Origin: a virus
Taxonomy: Duplodnaviria > Caudoviricetes
Virus record (IMG/VR): IMGVR_UViG_3300016263_000355
Location: 1-41,306 of that record
Reading direction: 5' to 3' (one strand)
Length of the DNA stretch: 41,306 bases
Shown here piece after piece: positions 1 to 9,900 of the stretch. The notes under the pieces are model-generated. The model was not told the DNA's origin and made no database searches. It worked only from the letters and a program-made list of their open reading frames with translations. The translations under genes and the position numbers were made by a program. How positions within the stretch are numbered: position 1 is the first letter of the stretch; the number at the start of each line of letters is the position of its first letter.

Positions 1-17
1 AAACTTGTAGCAGCGTA

Positions 18-1046
18 ATGGAAATCAGAAAAGAAGATTTTTGGAAGACTTACTCCATGTCAGTGGAGGATTATGAGAAGCTTGCAGCATTTTACAGCCA
101 GAGTGTACCCTTCAAGGGTACCTCTGGTAAATATGCCATCTATTCTGGGATTAATTATCCTAGATATAAGATCAGAGCTTCTTTCAACATGTATAATGAA
201 AAGAGTGTTTCTAAAAGAAGTATTGCCAAGAACGTAAGCTATGCTGATTATTATGTAATGCCCTTGAAAGAAATCCAAGAAGCTCTTAAAGGAAGTATAC
301 TTCAAAGTGAACTAGGTCAAAACAGCAGTTATCAGAACAATAAAATTGTTTTTGGGTCTCCCAGACATGTGTTCAGATACATTGAAAGATCAAGTCTGGA
401 TATCATAAGTGCTGCCATACAGTATTACAAAAGTTGTGAAGCTGATCCTAGTCTTGTAAAGCCTGTCATAGATTTCCAAGACTTTGCCAGCAACATGGAT
501 GATCTGAAAGAAAGATTGACTATACCTAAAGCAGGATTTCTTATAGATCTATTGAGAGGTGATAAATCTTCTGTAAGATTGGCTATGGAAAGTCTGACCA
601 ATTTCGATCTTACAAGATCTCTTCCAGGTATTCTATATGTAGTTGGCAGTGTAACTTCTTTTACAATGAAAGACTGTGATTACTGGCACAGCACAGCTTT
701 CAGAGCTTTCAAGCAGAGATTCAACTCTCTTGTAGACAGACACATAGAAGGATGTTTCAGTGAAGACTTGACTCAAGTTTATGACCGTCTTAAGCAAGAT
801 ATAACTCTTACTAAATCAGAGTATTTAGCCATAAGACAAGCTATCTATGAAAAGTATCTGGATAGAGCTAAAAACGATGAAATAGTTTTGGCAATTACAC
901 CAGAATCCATAACTTTGAAGTTCAAGCCTGAAAACATCATAGATGATGAACTTGTTGAGGCTGAAGACAGGATAAGGGAGGAAAGTGCCCTTGATGATAC
1001 AGATACTGCTTATATTCTAGTGGATGATACCAACACATCTACATAA
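18..1046 (+). CDS. Hypothetical phage protein (342 aa), acidic C-terminal tail; N-terminal ~90 aa loosely BRCT-like
   Basis: Long ORF. The ATG overlaps a TAA (TAATG at 16-20) that likely ends an upstream gene. The BRCT resemblance (INYPRYKIR...KNVSYADYYVMP) is weak and by eye only. Confidence 0.75.
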   Translation: MEIRKEDFWKTYSMSVEDYEKLAAFYSQSVPFKGTSGKYAIYSGINYPRYKIRASFNMYNEKSVSKRSIAKNVSYADYYVMPLKEIQEALKGSILQSELGQNSSYQNNKIVFGSPRHVFRYIERSSLDIISAAIQYYKSCEADPSLVKPVIDFQDFASNMDDLKERLTIPKAGFLIDLLRGDKSSVRLAMESLTNFDLTRSLPGILYVVGSVTSFTMKDCDYWHSTAFRAFKQRFNSLVDRHIEGCFSEDLTQVYDRLKQDITLTKSEYLAIRQAIYEKYLDRAKNDEIVLAITPESITLKFKPENIIDDELVEAEDRIREESALDDTDTAYILVDDTNTST

Positions 1047-1560
1047 AACTTTGATATTCAGAGCTTTAAAGCGTCTGAAGGTATGGGAGGATGCAGAAGA
1101 TGCGGTACAAAGTGCCTATCTTCTGTACCTCAAGTACCAAGGTAAACTTGACACTTCAAATCCAGAAAGGCTGATCAATTGGCTTGTGGATCAAGAAGTT
1201 ATAGGAATATGGAAGAAAAATAATGGAATAACTTCTACTAAAAAAGTCCATGGTAAAATGCTTAAATTTGAGGATATTAAAAGCTGGGAAAATGTTACTT
1301 CTGAAGAAGAAGTAATTGCCAGAGCCTCATATTTTGCCTACAATGAAGGGGAAGTGCTTTATGATGGTAAAGTATTAAAAGCTACAGGAGGTGCTTTATA
1401 TGCAAAATCTCAGTACCTAGGAGAGTCTTATGCTGAGAAAGAGTTTGGTCTTACAGAAACTTTACAAAACACCAAATATGGAGTATATGTAAGATTAGCT
1501 TTAAGTAGCGGTACTCCTAGAAAGTATAAGCAGATCAGGTGCTATAAACCAAAAGTATGA
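1024..1560 (+). CDS. Sigma70/ECF region-2-like protein (178 aa), no recognisable region 4
   Basis: N-terminus LIFRALKRLKVWEDAEDAVQSAYLLYLK...PERLINWL matches the ECF sigma region 2 pattern (DAEDxxQ.a...W). Overlaps the neighbouring genes. Confidence 0.6.
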   Translation: MIPTHLHKTLIFRALKRLKVWEDAEDAVQSAYLLYLKYQGKLDTSNPERLINWLVDQEVIGIWKKNNGITSTKKVHGKMLKFEDIKSWENVTSEEEVIARASYFAYNEGEVLYDGKVLKATGGALYAKSQYLGESYAEKEFGLTETLQNTKYGVYVRLALSSGTPRKYKQIRCYKPKV

Positions 1561-1823
1561 ACACATCTAAATATGAGTACACATCTATGGCCAAATCTGA
1601 GGTTGAAAGATATCTCAAATTGTTAGGCTTTGCAGGAGAATTTATCGAAGAATTCATACCTTTGATAAAAGATCCTAAAATCAATATGATCAGGATCAGA
1701 GGTGGTAAACCTTCAGGTGCAGATGGGTTTATCAGCAATGATATAAACTACTGCATAGACAAGCATAACAAACCACTTTGTGAGTGGATATACCTGACAG
1801 ATTCAGAAACTAAACTAAGATGA
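1557..1823 (+). CDS. Hypothetical protein (88 aa)
   Basis: ATGA overlaps with both the upstream and downstream ORFs, consistent with translational coupling. Confidence 0.7.
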   Translation: MNTSKYEYTSMAKSEVERYLKLLGFAGEFIEEFIPLIKDPKINMIRIRGGKPSGADGFISNDINYCIDKHNKPLCEWIYLTDSETKLR

Positions 1824-2068
1824 GTAACGTGATTTCTTATGTGAGAGCTCAAGGAGAAATTGACTCTCAGGATTATGGCAAAGTATTCTATGACTTTACT
1901 ATAAAGCCTACCAGAACAGTAAGTACTGAAAAGCTGATAGCTTTCAAGAATGATGTGGAGGACTTTGAAAGGTACCTCCATGAAAAATATGTAATTGCAA
2001 AAGTCAAGAATATTGACAAGTTTCCTGTTTGGCAGAAACTCAAGAATGCAATAAAAAGAATTCTGTAG
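1820..2068 (+). CDS. Hypothetical protein (82 aa)
   Basis: ATGA overlap with the previous gene; ends just before the terminator hairpin. Confidence 0.7.
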   Translation: MSNVISYVRAQGEIDSQDYGKVFYDFTIKPTRTVSTEKLIAFKNDVEDFERYLHEKYVIAKVKNIDKFPVWQKLKNAIKRIL

Positions 2069-2091
2069 TGTGTAATAGTGTGTTTAGTGTG
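2066..2091 (+). repeat. Three direct copies of TAGTGTG
   Basis: TAGTGTG at 2066, 2076 and 2085 (spacing 10 and 9 nt). Confidence 0.7.
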
Positions 2092-2116
2092 AAGGGGGCC
2101 TGTAAGCCCCCTTTTT
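2092..2116 (+). terminator. Intrinsic terminator between convergent transcription units (possibly bidirectional)
   Basis: AAGGGGGC-ctgtaa-GCCCCCTT stem-loop followed by TTT, located between the + strand stop at 2068 and the - strand stop at 2119. Confidence 0.85.
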
Positions 2117-2118
2117 AC

Positions 2119-5100
2119 TTATTCTTCATCTTTTTCATATTCTCTCCACCACTTTTCTAAGTGGTTACTTGCTGGAAACAAGTTAAGAACTCTTCCAATA
2201 GGTCTGTTTTTTTCCATTTGTTCTTCATCTCCAGTAACAAATCCTACAGTCTGACCTCCAAAATCTGCAAGAGTATTTCCTATATCTACAAGTAATCCTA
2301 ATAAAGGTATTGCAGGTTTGCCATAACCTATAATACTAGAAGCACTTTCAGGACTGACAAAGAATGATAATTCATCCAAGTTTCTTTTACTTTGTTTGAT
2401 AAACCATCTATCAAAAGCGGTTTTTTCATCATCATCATCTCCTTTCAAAGCTGCAAAAAGCAATACTGTTGCAAGAATTAATTGCATTTCCATTGCATTA
2501 GCTTTTAGATTTGCCAGATACATTTCGGCATACTCTTCCCTAGTTATTTCTTTTTTCAATTTTTCAGAAAGACTATCATAATGTCTTTCAGCAGCTTCTT
2601 TTATACTATTAGTACTAAAGCCTGCACCTATTCCTAACAATCCATTAGCAAATAATCCCGTAAGTAAGTTACTAAAGTTCTTAAAACTAGTGCCAGCAAT
2701 GTGATTCCACATAGTCTTATATCTACCTTGCTCCCATACTCCTAGATCTTCTGTATATCTAAGATTGCCAAATCTTTCATCTGCCATTCTAGGAATCCAG
2801 TTCTTAAACTGCATCATGACTTGACCCCAAATAGTAAGTTTTGACAAAGCTATATCTTCAGCATTCATGTTACCTTTCATAGTGCTATAAAGGTATTTTA
2901 TCTTACGTCTGAACTTTGAGTATTCTTCATCTGTAAGTCCCTCAATCTGGACTTTATCATCTTTTACTTGAGTCATTTCCAGCAAAGATTTTTCACTCTC
3001 TGACTTCTTGACAATCTTACCATCTTTAATGGTATGACTTTGAAGCATTGACAAAAGCACAGCATTTTCTACAATCCATTCACCTTTTTGCTGTAAGATG
3101 TAAAACTTGTCAAAAGTCATGTTTTTACTTATGCCAGATGCTGAAAGTTTACTTGCTCTCTGGTAATCACTTTTGTTAGATTCAATATCCCAAAACTCTA
3201 TAGACATGTAAGGAATAGCGTCTTTACCTTGAAAAGATCTCTTACCTAACATTGCCAAAGCTTGTACATACTGACGTTTGCTGTAAAATCTTCCTTTAGA
3301 TCCTTCTATAAGACCATTCATGTTACCGCCAAACAAGTTAGCAAAACCTGAGACAAGATTCAAAGAAAGAGATTTAGCGCTATACCATTTCAAAGATTGA
3401 CTAAGTGCTTTTTTACTGCTAATCTCTTTTCCTTTTATAACAAAAGGTTTATCTTCTCCACTGGTAGTTATTCCATAAAGATAGTAGTCCATGAATTTAT
3501 TGAACATATCCAATGTGTCATTGGAGTTCATGATTTTTTGGACTTTCTTAGTCAATGGGTTTTGAACAGGATTACCTTGAGCATCTGTAAGGATGGTTTT
3601 AGAAGATCTCTCCAGCACATCTTTTAGAATATGAGTAGAAGCTTCTATTTCAGCCATATACCTGTGGTTCAACCCCATATTAGCAAACAGAAACAAAGAT
3701 CTTCCAAGATCTTTAGATTTGGTTTCTGGACTGATTTCACTAGTATAATAAATAGGAATACTCTTTTTAAGCTCTCCTGTCACTTCATCCACCATGCCAT
3801 AACCTGCATCTGATCTAGCACTGATAGCTTGATCAAAAGATTCTTTCATACCACTAATACTGAAGAATCCATTTTGAGCTATACTGTCTATCAAATCATT
3901 ATGAATATTAGGAACAAAACTGTATCCTAATTTCATATCCAAGTACTCTTCATTCTGTTTGATAATACCAGTAAATAATTCATAGAACTGCTTTAAAGCA
4001 GGAGTATTCATTACATTCTGATACTCTTTAGAAAGCCATCTTTCATTAGGAGTGAGCAAAAAGTTTCTAGGCCCAAAAGCAGTAGTAGGATTAGTAGATA
4101 TATTGAATCTTGCATCAAAATCTGCAAGCTTCTTTTTGATAATAGCTTCTTTATTCTTATCTCTTTTGTAAAGTTTTTCCCAAGTTGCTATACTTTCTTT
4201 ACGCATCTTGTCAAATTTCTCTTTATCAATAGAGATGTTTTCTCTAAGCCATTTTATAGATGCTTCACTCTTGTCATTAAGAGCTGCTTGACGTTTTTTA
4301 TAAAACTCAGAATCATATTTACTGATAAGGTTACCAGTCCATTTACCATCCTTCATTTGAAGTAAAGGATTAAATACATCAGTGCCTTTAAGACCAGCCC
4401 CTTTCCCCCACTCTTTCAAGATTTTTACAGAAGCACCTATTTTATTTTCCAAATCTTTAGATTCTTTATAGACTTTTGCCTTTTGGTTGGTCATAAGTCT
4501 ATAGAAAGATTTGATGATAGGGTTGTCAAACTGTGAGATACTTCTAAACCATCTGGCAAGTACATGAGACTCTTCTTGAGGAGCAAGTATGTCTTCTATT
4601 TCAACTGAATTAGCTACTTCAACTGCTCTAGCTTCAATTTCTTGGTTGATATCAGCCAATACTTTACTTGCAGCAGTCTGTACTTCAGAAAACTCTTCAT
4701 AGTTTTCCTTCAAAGATTTTTTGCTGATCAGACTGTTTTCAATGATTCTAGCATAAAAAGTAACAGCATTTCTTGCTTCTAGCAATTCTTCATTGTCATA
4801 TTTATCAAGACCTGAGTTTGCTATCAGTCCTAATTCAAAGTTAGCTTCTTCCAAAAAGGCTTCATAAGTCTGTTTAAGCTGAAGTTCTTTGATACTGGCT
4901 TTAAGATTCTCCATTCTAGCCACTTTGATTTCTAATTTCTTAGTATCACCATAGGCAATCTTAATTTCAGAAATCTTTTTAAGTCTGGCTGCAAGTACTT
5001 CAATCAGTTTATCTATCCTCTCATCCCCTGTAAATTCAATATCTCCACCTTTTAGACCAGTAATAGGTACTTGTTCTAATTGTTTGGTGCCTATACTTAT

Positions 5101-6903
5101 ACTTTGAAGCTTGTTATCCTTATCAAACTTAGTACCTATAGGAATTACGCGAATCCTTCCAAACTTAGTTAGTCCATAACTCTCCAAAGAAGTCTTATAA
5201 GAAGTCAACTGGACATTCCAATTCTCTTCCTTATACCAAGGAATAGAAGACTTACCAGACATGTTAATGGTTTTCCAATCAAATATGTCTATAGTACCAT
5301 CAGGTTTAATGACAAGCAAGTCAATAGTACCAGCGATATCAGCAGTCTTATTGTATACTGTTATTTCAGGTAAGAAGATAGATCCAGGAGGATACTTTTT
5401 AAGCATTCCTTCCACGTAGTTCTTAAGCATAGCGTACTGACCTTCAGTCACTCCATGCCTATCCAAAGCAGTTACTTGAGTACCTTGAAGGTTTTCTGAA
5501 TACCTAGTAATGATATTCCGTAAAGCAGCGTGAGTTCTATCTCCTGTAAGTCTTGCTGCTTCATCAGATTTTTGCTGATCTGCAGTTCTTTCAGACCATC
5601 CTCTTTGCCTATCAAGTGCTTCAATCAAATTAGTAGTACGTCTACTTACCAGTTTTTCATCTGTTTTACTGTCAGGCTTATAAAAATATGCTCCAGGCTT
5701 ATTGGTTCTAGGGTGTACAAAATCCTTATCATACCTAAGTTTAGCAGCTTCTGATTCTATCAAATCTCTGGCTTTAACAGCCTCTTCAGCAAACTTACCT
5801 TTTTGCAAGAACATTCCAGCAGCTTCTGTATTCCGAAGTTGGGATATGTCTCCCTGCATAATCATTTCAGCACTCACTTCAAAAGCATTTGCTTTCTTAG
5901 CAGTCTCATAAAAAGCTTCTTTATTGAAATTAAAAAGTTTCTTAGTAAGCCAATTCCACAAAAGATTCCACCACTTATAAGCTTTTTCAAGATTAGCAGT
6001 AGTTTCTGTTCCTTGGTAATTATCAATGATATGTCTGGTGATAAGCTTAGCCATGGCTTCCCGTCTAAGTTTATCAGGATTGTTTTTATACAAAGGGTCC
6101 TCTCCATATTGACTCAATACTTCTGCATAGACTTCATATTGCTCAATAGAATCATACATGACCTTGAACAAATGAGAATCTTTAGGAAGCATTTCTACAA
6201 AAAAGTGAGAAGCTTCCTCAGTCAATGTGTCTACTCCAGCTTTACCTTCTACTACTTGAATAATCTTATCAAGTATATTAGCCATAGCAATACCATCAAT
6301 CACATTACCATCAGAATCTCTAATTTGCTCTACAGCTTCTATAGATACGCCTATTTTAGCTAAGAAAGCTTTGATAGTATTATTAAGATCTTCTGCAGAA
6401 ACTTCTGACACTCTTGCAGTGGGTTCTTTTTGTAAGAACTCAAGTCCTAATTGAGTTCCAGGACCTCTTAAAGACTGTCTATCAGCATTTGTAATATCTA
6501 CCCAATCAAAAAATGACTCATTGAATACTACTTTAGCTCCATTAATTTGAAAAGGTTCCATAGTCTTATTAGTACCAGGAACAAAAGGTAAAGTATTATA
6601 TTTCTTTAAAGCATTCTTTTTGATATGGTCAGAATAAGATTTAAGACTTTGTTGGACTTCTGCAGGAATTTTTTCAAATTCCTTGTTAGCTAAAGCAATA
6701 AACTCTTGAGCATCTTTTTCAAGCTTTTTAGCAGCTGCCATGTCTTTACGAGATCTGGCTTCTCTGGCTTGTCTTACAAAATCTCTAGCATATGCTAAAG
6801 CTTTATCTCTTGTTTCAGATTCTGTCTTTTCTATAAAGTTATCCTCATTGATCAACTTTAAGTTGACCATCTGCTTTCTAGTGTTTTCTAAACTACAAGC
6901 CAT
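2119..6903 (-). CDS. Large virion-ejected (cargo) protein, 1594 aa, with degenerate zincin-like domain and RecB-type PD-(D/E)xK nuclease domain
   Basis: TLTEEASHFF (HExxH-like, 6205-6219). G..H...E...AGTIDLL...FDWKT...QLTSY nuclease motifs (~5090-5560). Hydrophobic C-terminal segments. Lies directly downstream of the RNAP gene, as in crAss-like phages. Confidence 0.8.
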   Translation of the reverse strand: MACSLENTRKQMVNLKLINEDNFIEKTESETRDKALAYARDFVRQAREARSRKDMAAAKKLEKDAQEFIALANKEFEKIPAEVQQSLKSYSDHIKKNALKKYNTLPFVPGTNKTMEPFQINGAKVVFNESFFDWVDITNADRQSLRGPGTQLGLEFLQKEPTARVSEVSAEDLNNTIKAFLAKIGVSIEAVEQIRDSDGNVIDGIAMANILDKIIQVVEGKAGVDTLTEEASHFFVEMLPKDSHLFKVMYDSIEQYEVYAEVLSQYGEDPLYKNNPDKLRREAMAKLITRHIIDNYQGTETTANLEKAYKWWNLLWNWLTKKLFNFNKEAFYETAKKANAFEVSAEMIMQGDISQLRNTEAAGMFLQKGKFAEEAVKARDLIESEAAKLRYDKDFVHPRTNKPGAYFYKPDSKTDEKLVSRRTTNLIEALDRQRGWSERTADQQKSDEAARLTGDRTHAALRNIITRYSENLQGTQVTALDRHGVTEGQYAMLKNYVEGMLKKYPPGSIFLPEITVYNKTADIAGTIDLLVIKPDGTIDIFDWKTINMSGKSSIPWYKEENWNVQLTSYKTSLESYGLTKFGRIRVIPIGTKFDKDNKLQSISIGTKQLEQVPITGLKGGDIEFTGDERIDKLIEVLAARLKKISEIKIAYGDTKKLEIKVARMENLKASIKELQLKQTYEAFLEEANFELGLIANSGLDKYDNEELLEARNAVTFYARIIENSLISKKSLKENYEEFSEVQTAASKVLADINQEIEARAVEVANSVEIEDILAPQEESHVLARWFRSISQFDNPIIKSFYRLMTNQKAKVYKESKDLENKIGASVKILKEWGKGAGLKGTDVFNPLLQMKDGKWTGNLISKYDSEFYKKRQAALNDKSEASIKWLRENISIDKEKFDKMRKESIATWEKLYKRDKNKEAIIKKKLADFDARFNISTNPTTAFGPRNFLLTPNERWLSKEYQNVMNTPALKQFYELFTGIIKQNEEYLDMKLGYSFVPNIHNDLIDSIAQNGFFSISGMKESFDQAISARSDAGYGMVDEVTGELKKSIPIYYTSEISPETKSKDLGRSLFLFANMGLNHRYMAEIEASTHILKDVLERSSKTILTDAQGNPVQNPLTKKVQKIMNSNDTLDMFNKFMDYYLYGITTSGEDKPFVIKGKEISSKKALSQSLKWYSAKSLSLNLVSGFANLFGGNMNGLIEGSKGRFYSKRQYVQALAMLGKRSFQGKDAIPYMSIEFWDIESNKSDYQRASKLSASGISKNMTFDKFYILQQKGEWIVENAVLLSMLQSHTIKDGKIVKKSESEKSLLEMTQVKDDKVQIEGLTDEEYSKFRRKIKYLYSTMKGNMNAEDIALSKLTIWGQVMMQFKNWIPRMADERFGNLRYTEDLGVWEQGRYKTMWNHIAGTSFKNFSNLLTGLFANGLLGIGAGFSTNSIKEAAERHYDSLSEKLKKEITREEYAEMYLANLKANAMEMQLILATVLLFAALKGDDDDEKTAFDRWFIKQSKRNLDELSFFVSPESASSIIGYGKPAIPLLGLLVDIGNTLADFGGQTVGFVTGDEEQMEKNRPIGRVLNLFPASNHLEKWWREYEKDEE

Positions 6904-6911
6904 CTTTATTT

Positions 6912-9900
6912 TTAGTTACAATTTAAAGTATCATCTTGACCGCTAAAGTCATCTTTAGGAGACCACATTCCAGTCTCGTCATTTCTGACATAACCATTGT
7001 TATTCAGATACACAGCTAAAGCCAACTCACCGACATTATAAGACTTAGTATTTTCCAAATGCTCAGCAGTATCCATAATGATCTTACCTTTGGCTTTAAT
7101 TACTTTATCCACATTTTTATAGACTCCTTGAAGTACATCTCCTACAATAGGATTGACTCTACCAGTTCTTTTGCCATTGGAAGATACCCATACAATGTCT
7201 TCAGAAGAATATTTACCAGTATTGGCAATTCCATATTCTTGATAAAGAATCTTGTATCTGTCAGTGCTTGAATTCTTAGAGCCCTCTCCTATATATTGAG
7301 TAGCTATCCTGCTCTTATATTGCTCTTTTGAAAGATACTTTCTAGCAGTATCACTGATTACTTCAGGAAGACGCTTGGTTATTTCAGCTCTTACTTTGCT
7401 ATCAGCTCTTGAAAGTTTCTTTTCAACAGGAGATATTTTGGTTTTAGTCTTGATTTTAGAAGTCTTTGTAGAAGGTTTAGCTACAAGTACATTGTCTTTG
7501 ATTACAGAATCACTTGTATTCCCAAAGTATTCTCTGAGATAAAAGCCATTACCTCTTTTAGGGACTTCTTTGTATACTGACATCTCTCCATTACTGGTTT
7601 GAAGTTTATAAAGCTTCACTATCTTATTGCCATTTTTGTCTTTAAAGCTTGTTTTAACATAAGGCTTACCGTAATTTCTAGAGCTTCTATAAACTACAGC
7701 CTCACCTTCTTCTGTGTTTCTCACAGGAATCCAAGGTACAAACTCATTTTTATGCCAGTTGTTCATATAAAACTCGTCTCCAAAGCTTGAGGTGTCTACA
7801 GAAGAATTTTTATATTGACCAATTACAGCCTTTGAAAGCAAAGGAATGAACAAGTTATTAGGTACATGACCATATAAAGATACTGGAGAAAGGTTAGGAC
7901 CTCCTTGCAAAAGCATCAATACCATAAGATCACTTGCAAATACTCTGACATTATCATTAGGAGCATTGAATAACTGCTCAAATCCTTGGAACAATAGATC
8001 AGCTTGATAACTATTGAAAGCGCTATCAAAGAATCTGATGTTGTCAGTACTGGTTCTGTTAGGGTTGATTATAGGTATCAGATTACTGATTACAAAGTTA
8101 TTCTGGAAATCAGGATCCTGTTTAAGCCTTCCTAGTCTGTGAGCTAAACTATTCTCTCCTGTAAACAGCTTCTTAATATAAGTATTTAATTGGATATTAC
8201 CAACTTTTTGTTTGGAAAACAAGTAAATCAAAAATTCATTTTCCATGTAGCTAAGAAGTCTGCCCTGCTCTTTGACATCAGTCACATCTTGAACAGCTTC
8301 AAACATGAACTCTCTGACATTTTCTGCTTTAGGGAGATCAAGTACATAACCTTCGTTATATACATCAGCTGCCATCTTACCTACATTATAAAAACTTTTT
8401 ATCAAAGTATCATCTAGGATTTTACCAGCATTCTTGAATACAGTTTTTTCCAATACTGAATCTACTTTTCTTAAAAGAGCTCTAGATTGCCATCTGGTTT
8501 TTCCTACTCCTGCAGTATCAAAAGTGGTGATCTTTTGGATATCTGAAAGATCGTTGGCCAGTTTTTCATAAACCAACAAATCTTTGATAAGAGATCCATT
8601 GAAAGACTTATTTTCAGCTCCTTTGGTCATGTTAGCTTTTAAAGAAGCTTCAGTCTTAATGTCTCCACCAATATACAGGTCAGTTTCATTAAGCTCATAC
8701 TTTTTAAGTACTTCTCTCAGAATCTGAAGGTTAGTCACTTCATCCTTTCTAGCTTCCAAGAACTGTGACTTATAGCTTCTCTTCATATCAAAGTAATCTT
8801 TGATGATGGGTTGAGACATGAAGTAAGCGATTTCTCTGACATTTACTCCAGCTCTGATAAGCATAAGCCAGATATTAGCAGTGTCTATACCAGCATTCAA
8901 TTTAAGAATGAATGGGTCTTTTGCAATATCCACATAAGCGTTAATGAATTCTGCAAGCAGATCTGAAATCCTATTGTCATTATTGACATCCATCTCATCT
9001 GCAAATGAAATTCCTCCATCTTCAGCTTGATTATGATTGAAGTTTATAAGCAAAGGAATATCCATTTTTACAGGAATGTCCTTATTAAAGATGCTTTTTC
9101 TAGTAAATCCTGTATTTACATCAGAAAGAACTTGACCTGCAGGTACATAAAGATTTACTTTTTGAGACAGAGAATGGTGAGAGTTATGTAAAGCTGCTAC
9201 GCCTACTCCTCCTTTACCAGTCCAGAAAGCCAAAGCTGTTTTGATGTTGTTTACAAATTCCAACATCTTCCCTTTAGGTTTAGGAGCCTTTTCAGGTTTA
9301 CCAGCAATCTCTTCTGAAAGACCTAATAGGGTCTTGTTAGTGTTAGCTCTGATAAGGTATTTATAATTGTCTGGAGAAGTAAGTACTTGAGTGGCGATTT
9401 CTATCAGCTTATTCTGCTTACCCTCTTTAGAATTTTCAGAACTTTCTACGTAACTCAATTTAAAAGGAGCACTACGCATAAATTCTTTATAATACAAAAC
9501 AGCTCTACTTTCAGAACTTGTAAGACTGTCACCGTCTTTCTGTCTTGTCAAGATATCTTGTAAAGCTTCTATGCTGGCAATAGGTTTTACAGCAACTCCT
9601 CTAAAAAATCCTTTTAAGCTGGTATTGACAAAAGACAAAGCTTCTGAAGTATCATAAGTAATCTTATAATTAGGAATCAGAAGGTTCATCTTATCTATAT
9701 CAAAGTCAGATCCACCTTTAGCTGGAATGTTTTCAGGAATAATAACTACATTACCTTGTTCAGGAGGCAAGAATTCAACTACTTCAAGAACATCCATAGA
9801 AGAATAATCTTGAGTAGGAATACGGTAACCCACTATGTTAAGAAGTCTTTTATCCAAAGATTTGATATCTACATCTCTTCCAAAAACATCTTTGAACCAA

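Noticed and set aside
6904-6927. T_TTA_AAT slippery-like heptamer near the RNAP stop, which could fuse RNAP with the next gene
   Set aside because: The -1 frame hits TAA two codons later, and the next gene has its own ATG with an A-rich leader.
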